Assembly: GCA_965197475.1 (NCBI GenBank)
Contig: CBDANF010000003.1
Span: 2,368,001-2,432,000, forward strand
Length of the DNA: 64,000 nt
Source: Candidatus Poribacteria bacterium
GTDB taxonomy: Bacteria > Poribacteria > WGA-4E > WGA-3G
Direction: 5' to 3'
Shown: positions 40,807 to 51,762 of the stretch, one piece after another
How the letters are laid out: the number at the start of each line of letters is the position of its first letter
Numbering within the stretch: the first letter of the stretch is position 1
Made by a program: the position numbers and the translations under genes
The notes under the pieces: model-generated
What the model saw: the letters and a program-made list of their open reading frames with translations, nothing else
Told to the model about the DNA's origin: nothing
Database searches by the model: none

Positions 40807-42699
40807 TTATTGCCGATGAAACCGGCGTTCCAATTCATCGCGCCCCATCTCAATGATGATAGGTCTTGAATGCGGACAATTGAACGGTAGTTTCGCCTCA
40901 GACAACTCGCGAACGAGGTTAATCATCTCTTTAGTATCTAATGTGTCCCCAGCTTTAACAGCAGAACGACAGGCGAGCGTAATCAAAGCGTTGTCAAGTG
41001 CTTCGGGTATTTCCACTTCGGTATGAGGTTGTTCGGGGAGTTTGTCAAGCAGGTCACTGACAGCTTGTGCTGCTGTTCGGGTTGGCAGTGGCGATGGTAT
41101 TGCCCGTATCAATATCGTGTTACCACCAAATTCTTCTAACTCAAACCCGATTTTTTTGAAGAGGTCCTCATGGACTTTGAGGATAGCAATCTGTTGCGCT
41201 GTGGCTTCAAGCGTAACAGGAAGCAGCAGCCCTTGCACAGGGATACCGTCAGTTTTTATCTGATTCACATACCTTTCATAAAGCACCCGTTCGGCGGCGA
41301 CGTGCTGGTCAATGAAGAATATCTTGTCTTGTCCCTCAGCAACAATATAGGTTTTAAAGAGATTTGTTTTCAGTTCAACATTTTCAAAATCGAGCAGTTT
41401 TAGGCTCGCGCCTTCAGGTATGGATTGTCGTGGAGGTTGCACAACAGTTTTGGTGACCTGAGGGGGGCGTTTAGTGCTTTTATCAACTGTGGGTCGTGTC
41501 TCAACCTGTTTAGTCTGTTTAGTCTCAAGATTTTCCGCAGGTACGTCCTCAAGTTGCGTAGTTTCAGTAGCATCTGCAGTTTCTTCTGCGGGAATTGTTG
41601 CCTGCCTGCGGTGTTGTGGTGTTGAGATTGGTTGCGTAGTGCCGGTGGTTTCGGTTTCAACTCTGTTTTCTTGAGACGTTTCTATAGGTGTTTCAATTTT
41701 CGGAATGAACTTTTCTTTGTGGATAACGTTGCGGATCATCCGAACAATGCCGCTGAAAATCGTCCGCTCATTCCGGAACCGCACCTCAACTTTGGCGGGG
41801 TGGACGTTTACATCAACGGTATCAGGTTCAAGTGTCAGGAAAAGCAGTGCTATGGCGTGTCTATTTTTCTGGATTGTTGCGCCGAGTGCTTCTTTTAGGG
41901 CTGCACCAATGATTTGACTTCGGATCGGCCGCTGATTCATAAAAAAGAGTTGATATTCGCGGTTCGGCTTGGTAAAATCGGGTTTTCCGAGTAGACCGGA
42001 GAGCTGAAAGTCAGGCAATTCTTCCGCAAATTCAATCAGATTATCAGCAAATTCTTTGCCATACAAGAGGCGCGCACGCTCCATGTTTGAATCACAAGCG
42101 CGGACATCCAAAATTGATCTGCCGTTGTGAGATAACGAAAAATGTATTTTCGGGTGTGCAAGTGCTGCCCACGTCACCTGTTTTGTGATGTGGTTCACCT
42201 CGGTAGTATCAGTTTTGAGGAACTTGAGGCGTGCGGGGACATTGTGGAAGAGATTGTTAATTGAAATGTGGGTGCCAGGGGAACATCCACTCTCTTCGAC
42301 AGAACGAAAGACACCACCCTCAACGTCAATCTTGGTCCCCTGTATGGCATCCGCAGTTCTGGTAAGAAGTTCAAACTGAGATACAGAGGCGATACTCGCT
42401 AACGCCTCCCCACGAAATCCGAAGGTGTGGATATTTTCAAGGTCTTCAATGCGGCTTACTTTGCTTGTTGCGTGGCGTTCTAAAGCAAGGAGCGCGTCCT
42501 CACGTTCCATGCCGACACCGTTATCTGAGACTCGGATGAGTCGTTTTCCGCCTGCGCGAATTTCGACACGAATGCTTGTGCTTTCAGCGTCAAGTGCATT
42601 TTCTATGAGTTCTTTAACAACAGATGCAGGACGTTCAACAACTTCACCTGCGGCGATTTTATTGGCTACATCTGCTGAGAGTATTTTGATTTTTGGCAT
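40807..42699 (-). CDS. mutL: DNA mismatch repair endonuclease MutL
   Basis: IAAGEVVERPASVVKEL, GFRGEAL, DVNVHP; endonuclease motifs DQHVAAER, ACR, CPHSRP. Confidence 0.98.
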   Translation of the reverse strand: MPKIKILSADVANKIAAGEVVERPASVVKELIENALDAESTSIRVEIRAGGKRLIRVSDNGVGMEREDALLALERHATSKVSRIEDLENIHTFGFRGEALASIASVSQFELLTRTADAIQGTKIDVEGGVFRSVEESGCSPGTHISINNLFHNVPARLKFLKTDTTEVNHITKQVTWAALAHPKIHFSLSHNGRSILDVRACDSNMERARLLYGKEFADNLIEFAEELPDFQLSGLLGKPDFTKPNREYQLFFMNQRPIRSQIIGAALKEALGATIQKNRHAIALLFLTLEPDTVDVNVHPAKVEVRFRNERTIFSGIVRMIRNVIHKEKFIPKIETPIETSQENRVETETTGTTQPISTPQHRRQATIPAEETADATETTQLEDVPAENLETKQTKQVETRPTVDKSTKRPPQVTKTVVQPPRQSIPEGASLKLLDFENVELKTNLFKTYIVAEGQDKIFFIDQHVAAERVLYERYVNQIKTDGIPVQGLLLPVTLEATAQQIAILKVHEDLFKKIGFELEEFGGNTILIRAIPSPLPTRTAAQAVSDLLDKLPEQPHTEVEIPEALDNALITLACRSAVKAGDTLDTKEMINLVRELSEAKLPFNCPHSRPIIIEMGRDELERRFHRQ

Positions 42700-42857
42700 G
42701 TGTTCTTGAAACCCCGTTTTTTCAAACGCGAGTCGTCTCCATTATGTTAAATTTTGCGTTTAATTTAGCATATTCAGAGGCGGAAGTCAAGTAAAATAAA
42801 TTCGCTGTTCAATTGGAAATAGGTTGTAAAACTTGACAGACAGATAGCATCGCGCTT

Positions 42858-43952
42858 ATGATGATGCAGATGAAACAGATAAAACTTGAACCTGAAGATT
42901 TTATTGTTGAAGAATTACCGCTTTATGCCCCTTCGCGGACAGGCACCCACACGTTTTTCGCTATCCGTAAACGAAATCTCAGTACGTTGGAAGCGATTAA
43001 TCAAATCGCATGGGTACTGCATGTGAACGCCAGAAATTTCGGGTACGCTGGTCTGAAGGATAAACGTGCAATCACAACGCAGGTGTTGTCTGTGGAAGGC
43101 GTTCCGCCTGAACAGGTTTTGGAGATGGAACTACCCGGAGTTGAGGTTTTGTGGGCTGAGCGGCATGGGCATAAATTGCGTGTCGGGCATCTTCGTGGCA
43201 ATCGGTTTGAGATAACGTTACGTGATATTTCACAGACAGCACACATGGTTGTTGAAGAAAAGATGGCTCAGTTGGCAACTGAGGGGGTGCCGAATCGGTT
43301 TGGTGCACAAAGGTTTGGCAATAAACAGGACTCGCACCTAATTGGAAAAGCATTGGTAAAGGGAGAATGGGAAAAAGCATTAGGGTACCTGCTTGATGAT
43401 GAAGCAACACGATTCAGCGAATACGCTAAGCGGATAGAACGGAAGAAAGAACAGGAATCGTTGGAAAACGCAGTGACATGCATTCCACATCGTCTTCGGA
43501 AGTTGTATTTGTCGGCATATCAGGCATCTCTGTTTAATTCTATTCTGGAGAAGCGACTGCCAAATTTAGGTAAACTTCTGGATGGCGATATTGCGGTGAA
43601 GCATAGCAACGGTGCTCCGTTCCTCGTTGAAAGTGCTACGGTAGAACAACCGCGGGCAGATGTATTTGAGATTAGTCCTTCCGGTCCTATCTTTGGGTAC
43701 AAGATGCGACATCCCACTGGAGCGGTTCAGGTGTTGGAGGCGGAACTTCTTGCTGAAGAAGAAGTGAAACCCACAGCGTTTCGCAAAGTTGCAGGAATTC
43801 GGCTACCGGGAACACGGCGACCACTACGTATGCAGATGGAATTGCATCGGGTTATGACCGTTCAAGCGGGATTACGTCTCTGTTTTACGTTACCTGCGGG
43901 TGGTTATGCCACGGTGGTGTTGGATGAACTCAAAGATTATCTTGTTGACTGA
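42858..43952 (+). CDS. truD: tRNA pseudouridine(13) synthase TruD
   Basis: PEDFIVEE, YAGLKDKRA, GNRF.I, PNRFG.QRFG, F.LP.G.YAT. Confidence 0.95.
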   Translation: MMMQMKQIKLEPEDFIVEELPLYAPSRTGTHTFFAIRKRNLSTLEAINQIAWVLHVNARNFGYAGLKDKRAITTQVLSVEGVPPEQVLEMELPGVEVLWAERHGHKLRVGHLRGNRFEITLRDISQTAHMVVEEKMAQLATEGVPNRFGAQRFGNKQDSHLIGKALVKGEWEKALGYLLDDEATRFSEYAKRIERKKEQESLENAVTCIPHRLRKLYLSAYQASLFNSILEKRLPNLGKLLDGDIAVKHSNGAPFLVESATVEQPRADVFEISPSGPIFGYKMRHPTGAVQVLEAELLAEEEVKPTAFRKVAGIRLPGTRRPLRMQMELHRVMTVQAGLRLCFTLPAGGYATVVLDELKDYLVD

Positions 43953-46032
43953 AGAATTTTATCCCAATCCCAGATAAGAATAGTGCCATCGGAACTCCCT
44001 GTGGCAAGTGTTTTACCATCATAGGAAAATGACAACGTGTTGATTCTTGCGGAGTGTCCTGTCATTGATGCAAGATGTTTGCCAGTAAAAGGGTCCCATA
44101 ATCGGAGTATACCGTCCTCATCGGCACTGACAAGGATGTGTCCATCTGGTGAAAATGCTGCTACATAGACAGTTTCGGTATGCCCCACCAGAGTGGAAAG
44201 ATGTTGGCAGTTAATCGGATCCCAAAGTCTGATGGTTTTATCCGTACTCCCATTTGCAAGCGTCCGTCCATCCGGTGAAAACGCAACTGTTTCAACACTA
44301 TCGGTATGTCCTGTGAGGCAGGCGATCTGATGACCCGTAGTGCCATTCCATAAGCGAATTGTATCGTCAACACTCGCGCTGGCAAGGGTTCTACCATCCG
44401 GTGAAAATGCCACCGCCCCTACCCGTTCTGTATGTCCAGTTAGAACTGCAAATTGGTTTCCTGTATCAATATCCCACAATCGGATAGTGTTATCCTGATC
44501 TCCACCAGCAAGAATGGTGTTGTTCGGTGAAAACGCCAAAGATGTGACCGAATCTGTATGTTCTTGCAAGATTAACCGCTCAGTCCTGGTATCCACATCC
44601 CACAACCTTATGGTATCATCAACACTCGCGCTGGCAAGCGTTGTGCCATCTGGCGAGAATGCGACAGCTTCAATCATATACTCATGTCCTTCAAGCGTTG
44701 CGTGTAGCGTGTGTGTATTTAAGTCCCACAATCGAAGTGTTTCATCATCGCTGCCGCTAGCAAGTAGAGTTCCATCAGGAGAAATTGCCACTGAACTGAT
44801 CCATTCGGCATGTCCCATAATTACTGACTTTTCGTTGCCCAAGGTGATATCCCAGAAACGGATGGTCTGGTCGCCACTTGCGCTTGCGATCGTTTTGCCA
44901 TCAGGTGCAAAAGAGATGGCAGAGATGTAATCTTTGTGATCTGTGAAGGTTTTACGTTCGACACCTGTATCAGCATCCCAGAGTCTAACGGTATTGTCAT
45001 TGCTTCCACTCGCAAGCGTTCTACCATCCGGTGAAAATTCCAAATTGCCGATGGTGCCGACGTCTTCAATGAGGGTAACCCTCTTTACTCCGGTAGTGGC
45101 ATCCCATAGGCAGAGCGTCTCGTCCGAACTTCCACTGGCAAGAAGGACACCGTTGGGAGAATATGCAAGTGCTTTTACCGCGTCTGTATGTCCATTGAGT
45201 GTGGCGAGGTGTCTACCATTGCGTGCATCCCAGAGCCGGATGGTTTCATCACGACTTGCACTGGCGATGGTTGCCCCATCCGGTGAGAACGCTAAATCAC
45301 AGATTTCCCATTCATGTCCAGTAGCATTGAAAAGATGGCGGCGTGTACGGATATCCCAAAAGCGGATTGTCTTGTCCCATCCTGCAGCGACAAGTATATT
45401 AGACATTATAATGATTTAATCGTCCGTCCCTGATATCACTAAGACCGAAATATAGTCTAAACGCTAATGGCTTGTCCGTCGGGTAGAGCGCAGCGAAACC
45501 CGACCTGTTTGTTCTGAATGTCAAGTGTTCAGATGGTGGAAGTTACCGTTTTATAGATTGCGAAATCTGCTATATTATCTCTGGAACCCTGATATTGTCG
45601 GGTTTCGCTGCGCTCTACCCGACCTACGAACTTTAGATTTTATTATAGACCAGTAACAACACACAATTAAAACGTTATAATGTCTATTACCATCCGGCGA
45701 GACTACCAACGCGTTTATATCGTTTTCATCTGCGCCCATTATAGTGGTGATCTGCTCTCCAGTACGAATATCCCAAAGCCGAATCGTTTCATCTCCGCCA
45801 GCACTGGCGAGAGTGAAAAAATGTGAGTGAATAGACCGGTTCCGTATGCCCTGTAAGGAATGCGATTTCGGCGCATGTGTGTACATTGTATATCCAAATG
45901 CCGATATAAGTAGCGGCAGCAAGACGGCTACCATCTGGCGAATACTTAATATCTCTTAATGCGCCTTTACCGAATCGAGCTATGGTACACGGGGGAAGTC
46001 CCCATTGGATATAGGGTTTTTGTATGTTCATG
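43937..46032 (-). pseudogene. WD40-repeat gene split by a frameshift and a MITE insertion (3' part 43937..45406 remains open)
   Basis: N-cap YIQWGLPP..ARFGKG near 46000, frameshift near 45815. ..SPDGN is interrupted by a 283-bp insert and resumes as ILVAAGWDKTIRFWD. Confidence 0.8.
45402..45684. mobile_element. 283-bp MITE with internal REP doublet
   Basis: TIR gacattataa/ttataatgtc with TATTA target duplication (45397-45401, 45685-45689). Internal 27-bp perfect IR at 45478-45504 / 45597-45623. Confidence 0.85.
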
Positions 46033-46242
46033 GGTCCTATCTCTGATTTTAAGATGAATACATCTGCTTTATATGATACGCGTGTTTTGTGAATACCGAT
46101 GTTGGCAAATTGCTTGTATTTTTGTGTTAAATAAGATATACTAAACTCCATGAAGGTTGATTTTACCCTGACGTGATATTGTGCCACATTAAACCTTGAA
46201 AAACAATACAAATTCCTTTCCGAGAACATTGAGGCGAAAGAG

Positions 46243-49200
46243 ATGAACATTCTCCACGATTTGAATAAAAAACAGGTGGAAGCTGTAATCCATAAAAACG
46301 GTCCTATGCTTGTTATTGCGGGTCCTGGCACTGGCAAGACAAAAGTCATCACACACCGTATCGCCTACCTAATTCGTCAGCACGGAATTAAGCCCTACAA
46401 CATTCTTGCGATTACCTTTACCAATAAAGCCGCACAAGAGATGCGCGAACGCGTTAACAACGAGATTGGCGAACCGCACGGTTCTAACATTAAGGTCAGT
46501 ACCTTCCACGCCTTTTGTGTTAAAGTTCTCCGCAAGTATGCCCATCATATAGGATTAAGCGAAAATTTCACTATTTTCGACAAGGAAATCCAAGATGAAA
46601 TCTTTGCGGAAGTGGTCCGCGAACTAAATCTCAATCCTTACAATTACCCGCCGTGGAGGTTGCGGAATATCATCAGCGATGCTAAATGCAAATTGGACAA
46701 TTTGATGGATGACCCATATATTGATCCGGATGCTATTGCTGACATAGACGATACGGACGCGGAAACGAATATCGAAAATGCGTTGAATGCCTATCAGAGC
46801 AAACTTGCCGAATACAACGCCCTCGATTTTGATGATCTTCTGGTCCAAACGGTTGTGTTGTTTGAACAAGTGCCAGAGGTACAACAGGACTACCATAAGC
46901 AAATATCACATATCCTTGTAGACGAATACCATGATGTGAACAGCGCGCAATACGCACTACTCAAACTAATTTGCGCGTCTCCAGAACATAATCTCATGGT
47001 TGTTGCCGATGCAGATCAATCTATCTACAGTTGGCGTGGGTCAAATCCGCAGTATATTGATAATTTTATCACCGATTTCACACCGCAAACCGTAGAATTA
47101 GATGAGCATTATCGGTGTAGTGAGAAAATCTTACGCGCTGCAGAGAAGGTTATTGACAAAAATAGTGAACGCCAGAAACAACACACACTCAAAACACATA
47201 AAGATGTGGGACGTAATATCTTTCACTATACCTTTAATACCGCCCCAGAGGAAGCACGTAGTATTATTCGGATTATCCAAAAATTGATAAAAGAACGCAG
47301 CTACTCTTATCGTGATATCGCGGTCTTCTACCGTACACATAAACTCGCCGATGTTTTGACAGAAGAGTTGCTACGATCAAAAATAAAATTTCAGCGTATT
47401 CGTCCTACCAATTCCTTTGATGAGGAAAATAGCAAAGGTGTCCTCTCTTACCTCCGTTTTATCCAATGGCAACTCCCGCACGATCTTGAATATGCTATCA
47501 ATTTTCCTGAAAAACGGATTGACGATTTGACCTGGGTTCGCCTCAGATGGTTAGCACAACGTAAAGCGTTAACGTTGGTTGATCTTTTGAAAAACATTGA
47601 GGAGTATCCAGAAGATGTCGGTCCATTGACACGGCGAAACATTCAACGGTTTTGGACACAACTTGAGAGATTATCGGGCGAAATTGAGGGCGAAAAGATC
47701 GATAAAATCGCTCAAAAACTCTTTGCAACTTTGGATCTTTTCCGTTCTCCCTACCGCACTAAAGAATTGACGGTCATTGAAAAACAACCTGAGATGCAGA
47801 ATCTTGCTCTCGCGCAGGATGTACTATACAGCGCACTTGATCGTAATGAACCGATTCAGATTACTGCCAGTTATGAGATCGATGAGTATTGTGCTGCAGA
47901 GATTATCCATCAGACGCTTAAAACCTATCTGGATAAGAATGTCCACATCCGATTTTTGCCCAAAGAGTTACAAACTGATAAACAAGAATCTCAACCTACG
48001 AGTAGTAGTGTCAGTAAAAGTGCACCGATACGGAACGGAAATGGAATCAATCTGTTAATTGGAGACTTTGGGGAACTTGGTGAAATGGCAGCAGAATCGC
48101 GAACAATCCTTATCGGCACGACAATTTCTGGGGAGATAGGTGTGATTCAGCTGCAACTCGATGGAATTCGGAGTATCGCTGCGCTCAAACTATGTCAACG
48201 TCTTTTGAGTCGTTTTGAAACGCCTAACATGGCAGATATGGTTATCTACGACTTGGAAACAACAGGTGTCAATACAAAAAATGCAAACATTGTTGAGATT
48301 GCTGCACAACGACTAAATGTAATTGGGAATGAGGTTGAACGTTATTATCGGTTAGTGAAACCTCCGGGCGGATACATACCGAGGGAAACCACCCGTATAC
48401 ACGGAATTGACGAAGACACAGTCAAAGATTGCCCCAGTATAGAAATTGTCCTTCCCGAATTTTGTGGGTTCATCCAAGACCGCATCCTAATTGGACATAA
48501 TGTGGCACAGTATGATAATCCTATTCTGGAACGTGACTTACGAAGATATCTTAAGCGAGGGTTACCGAATCCCCATTATGACACGCTTACGACTGCCCGC
48601 AGACTTTTTCCGCGTCAACGGCGCGGCATCGGGACACTCGCTGAAAAATTCGGCATTGAACATGATCGTCTCCATAGAGCGATGGAAGATGTTGAAGCTA
48701 ACCGCAAAATCTTCAAGGAATTAATCAAGATTGATGCGCAAAAGCAGGAAGTGAAGTCCCTCACAGAATTTCTGCCACTTGTCGGGGTAGGTATCCTTGC
48801 CAAAACAGTTGACCCTGACGAACGCGACGTATTGAACGATGTCAGTGCGTTTCTAAATGCTTCAAAACGTTATGTCCAAGCGAATCATTCCAGATTATCT
48901 GACGATCTGCCCTTTGATTCCACTGAGAAAGAACAAGCAGAAGAATTCATCAATCAGTTGCAGCAATCTGATATCCCAATTTTTCGAGAAGATACGGAAT
49001 GGATTGAACACAAGTCGAAGTTCCTAAACGTCATCGTCCATTTTGAAAAAATGGGACAAGGGCATTTTCTTACCGACTTTTTAGATTATCAGAAATTGCT
49101 TACCAGTTTTGATGAAATTGACGATAAGACGGAGCAACTCACATTGATGACGCTGCACGCTGCGAAAGGGACAGAATTTCCGGTTGTGATTATCATCGGT

Positions 49201-49422
49201 ATGGAGGAGGGGAGTTTTCCGATGTGGAAACAGGGTATCACGCAAGCGGAACTTGAAGAGGAACGCCGTCTCTTCTATGTTGGTATGACGCGTGCACAGG
49301 ATCAGCTCTATCTATCTTCTGCTGTCTATCGTTTTGGTGACCGTCAGCGTTCTACGTCTATGTTTATTCACGAGATGCCGCCTGATTATATGATAAAGTG
49401 GAGTCCGTTTAGAGATAGGTAA
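46243..49422 (+). CDS. UvrD/PcrA-family helicase with inserted DEDDh 3'-5' exonuclease domain
   Basis: AGPGTGKT, AITFTNKAA, LVDEYHD, IYSWRG, MTLHAAKGTEF, EERRLFYVGMTRA. Exonuclease motifs YDLETTG, GHN..YD, HRAMED. Confidence 0.92.
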   Translation: MNILHDLNKKQVEAVIHKNGPMLVIAGPGTGKTKVITHRIAYLIRQHGIKPYNILAITFTNKAAQEMRERVNNEIGEPHGSNIKVSTFHAFCVKVLRKYAHHIGLSENFTIFDKEIQDEIFAEVVRELNLNPYNYPPWRLRNIISDAKCKLDNLMDDPYIDPDAIADIDDTDAETNIENALNAYQSKLAEYNALDFDDLLVQTVVLFEQVPEVQQDYHKQISHILVDEYHDVNSAQYALLKLICASPEHNLMVVADADQSIYSWRGSNPQYIDNFITDFTPQTVELDEHYRCSEKILRAAEKVIDKNSERQKQHTLKTHKDVGRNIFHYTFNTAPEEARSIIRIIQKLIKERSYSYRDIAVFYRTHKLADVLTEELLRSKIKFQRIRPTNSFDEENSKGVLSYLRFIQWQLPHDLEYAINFPEKRIDDLTWVRLRWLAQRKALTLVDLLKNIEEYPEDVGPLTRRNIQRFWTQLERLSGEIEGEKIDKIAQKLFATLDLFRSPYRTKELTVIEKQPEMQNLALAQDVLYSALDRNEPIQITASYEIDEYCAAEIIHQTLKTYLDKNVHIRFLPKELQTDKQESQPTSSSVSKSAPIRNGNGINLLIGDFGELGEMAAESRTILIGTTISGEIGVIQLQLDGIRSIAALKLCQRLLSRFETPNMADMVIYDLETTGVNTKNANIVEIAAQRLNVIGNEVERYYRLVKPPGGYIPRETTRIHGIDEDTVKDCPSIEIVLPEFCGFIQDRILIGHNVAQYDNPILERDLRRYLKRGLPNPHYDTLTTARRLFPRQRRGIGTLAEKFGIEHDRLHRAMEDVEANRKIFKELIKIDAQKQEVKSLTEFLPLVGVGILAKTVDPDERDVLNDVSAFLNASKRYVQANHSRLSDDLPFDSTEKEQAEEFINQLQQSDIPIFREDTEWIEHKSKFLNVIVHFEKMGQGHFLTDFLDYQKLLTSFDEIDDKTEQLTLMTLHAAKGTEFPVVIIIGMEEGSFPMWKQGITQAELEEERRLFYVGMTRAQDQLYLSSAVYRFGDRQRSTSMFIHEMPPDYMIKWSPFRDR

Positions 49423-49544
49423 CAATTCACAATGCAGTGCGTCAACCTCAATCCAAAATTTCAGCTAATAGACTGCAACTGAGATTGAAGTTAACTTATA
49501 CCATACCTAATTGACAAAATATCATAATAGCTTGTTTTATACCA

Positions 49545-49802
49545 TACACCTTTCGCACCGCTGGTGCTGAGATGCGATTGACTATAGCCTCGGAGAGGCA
49601 GCATGCGCGTATGGCATGCTGCATGAGGTGTCCAGCAGCTGATGTCTGTTTTACCAAGCCCCAGAGGGCAGCATGCGCGTATAGCATGCTGCATGAGGTG
49701 TCCATTTTTCCACGGCATAACACTAAAATTGACGCATAAGGGTATCGCAAGCTCTACCCGACCTACGAAATAATGCAATACAATCTCTTAGAAATGGTAT
49801 TA
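49545..49802. repeat. Composite REP/MITE array including a 38-bp palindromic repeat in two copies
   Basis: ggcagcatgcgcgtat(g/a)gcatgctgcatgaggtgtcca at 49597 and 49667. Flanked by cacctttcgcaccgctggtgct and gggtatcgcaagctctacccgacctac. Confidence 0.75.
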
Positions 49803-51677
49803 TTTTTGAATTGCGCGAACTTTGTCCCAGTCCCATAATAGAATAGTGCCATCATCACTCCAACTCGCGAGGGTTTTGCCATCCGGTGAAAACTCAACCA
49901 CATTGACTGACTCTGTGTGTCCTGTGAGCGTTAAAAGGAGGGTAGCAGTCGCAACATCCCATAACTGTATCCCCCTACCCATTCCACCGCTTATCAATGT
50001 CCCTCCATCTGGTGAAAATACCAAAGATTCTATAAAAGTATTTTTCTCTATGAAAACTTGTAACTTTCGGTTTTTGTTAATATCCCACAACAAAAGTTCG
50101 TTCCAACTTACACTCGCTAAGTGGCTTCCATCCGGTGAAAATGCGATTGCTAAAATGTCGTTTTTATGTCCAGTAATAGTAGATAGCAGCTTGCCGTTAA
50201 TTGTATCCCATAAGCGAATTGTGTTATCCCGATCCACATTTACGAGGGATGTACCGTCTAGCGAAAACTTTACCATCTTGGAGTCCGCTTCATCAATTTT
50301 AAGAGTAGCGTGCAATTCGCCACTCCTTACATCCCACCGCCATATTTTCTGAAACAACCCTGCGCTGGTGAGTGTGGTGCTGTCAGGTGAGAAAGCTAAT
50401 GTCATTTGCGTTTTCATGCTGTCATGACGAATTAACAATGCTTCTCTGGTTCCGATGTTCCACAAATAGATTGTATTGTCAGAATTCCCACTAGCAAGTG
50501 TCTGGCCGTCAGGTGAGAACGCTAAAGCCTTCGATGTTCTCATATTTTCATGACGAATCAGCACCGTTTTTCCTGTCTCAATGTCCAACAACTGGATTGT
50601 ATCGTCAGCGTTCCCACTGGCGAGTGTCGTGCCGTCCGGTGAAAACGCTAACCCAGTTCCAACATGTTTATGTGCTACGGCGGGAAAGCGTTGATCCCCG
50701 TTGATCGTATCCCAAACCCGAATTGTGCCATTTCGACTCACCGTCGTAAGTGTTTTTCCGTCAGGTGAGAACGCCAACCCATCAACCCAACCAGGATGTT
50801 CCTTCGGTAACACAGTGGTGTCAATATCGTTGGAATTCATTTCCAACCATTCAACTGCATCTGAATCTCCTCCAACAGCGAGTTTAGTGCCATCTGGTGA
50901 GAATGCTAACGCGTCAACCGACCAGTTATGTGAATGATGATTCTCCCGAATTTTACGGGTCTTTACATCCCACACATAAAGCGTTGGCCACTCAGTTCCA
51001 CCACTGGCAATCATTTTCCCATCCGGTGAAAATGTTAACTCAGTTACAATATAATCATGTTCAAAGAAGGTGTCCTGCAGTTTACCCGTTTCTGGGTTCC
51101 ATAAACACACCGTCTTGTCTGAACTTCCGCTTGCGAGCGTTTTGCCATCCGGTGAAAACGCAACTATGTTGACAGCACCTGTATGTCCAGTGAGTTGTCT
51201 ACTACTCTTACCTGTCTCTGTATCCCACAACCCGATTGTTCCATCACGACTTCCGCTGGCGAGTGTTTTGCCATCCGGTGAAAACGCAACTGAATAAATC
51301 TTTTGTGTGTGCATGGGAGAAAAATGCCTAATTTCACCTGTTTCTAAATGTTGTAGCCAGATTGCCCCCTTATTACTACCGCTAACAAGCATTTTGCCTG
51401 CTGGCGAGAATGCGATCGCTGAAACATCAAACGGGGTTGCAGGTGCCAAAGCAGTTTCAGTACCATTAGCTGAATCATAAATCCAAACGCCGATATTACT
51501 GGCTATTGCAAGTCGTGTCCCATCTGGTGAGAACGCCGTGTCACTTACGTTCCCTTTATTGATACCGAATCGGACTTTGGCACCGAAAGGTAATTCCGTT
51601 TGGGCTTCAGCATTTTGATAGACCACAATGCACATTGATAAGAAAATGAGGGCAATGAAATGTGTCTGAATCTTCAC
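49800..51677 (-). CDS. Secreted WD40-repeat protein
   Basis: Signal peptide, LPFGAKVRFG cap, ~14 FSPDG/WD repeats. Confidence 0.93.
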   Translation of the reverse strand: MKIQTHFIALIFLSMCIVVYQNAEAQTELPFGAKVRFGINKGNVSDTAFSPDGTRLAIASNIGVWIYDSANGTETALAPATPFDVSAIAFSPAGKMLVSGSNKGAIWLQHLETGEIRHFSPMHTQKIYSVAFSPDGKTLASGSRDGTIGLWDTETGKSSRQLTGHTGAVNIVAFSPDGKTLASGSSDKTVCLWNPETGKLQDTFFEHDYIVTELTFSPDGKMIASGGTEWPTLYVWDVKTRKIRENHHSHNWSVDALAFSPDGTKLAVGGDSDAVEWLEMNSNDIDTTVLPKEHPGWVDGLAFSPDGKTLTTVSRNGTIRVWDTINGDQRFPAVAHKHVGTGLAFSPDGTTLASGNADDTIQLLDIETGKTVLIRHENMRTSKALAFSPDGQTLASGNSDNTIYLWNIGTREALLIRHDSMKTQMTLAFSPDSTTLTSAGLFQKIWRWDVRSGELHATLKIDEADSKMVKFSLDGTSLVNVDRDNTIRLWDTINGKLLSTITGHKNDILAIAFSPDGSHLASVSWNELLLWDINKNRKLQVFIEKNTFIESLVFSPDGGTLISGGMGRGIQLWDVATATLLLTLTGHTESVNVVEFSPDGKTLASWSDDGTILLWDWDKVRAIQK

Positions 51678-51762
51678 ATTCTCTCTCCTTCAAACTACTT
51701 GACTTGTCTGGAATTAGTTCTTCGTTTTAGCTACTCAGCAAACTGTAGCAAAGAATATTATA

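Noticed and set aside
49597-49704. Mini-CRISPR (38-bp palindromic repeat, 32-bp spacer)
   Set aside because: Only two units and no cas genes. The spacer end and repeat end belong to the REP family seen at 26167 and 52055.
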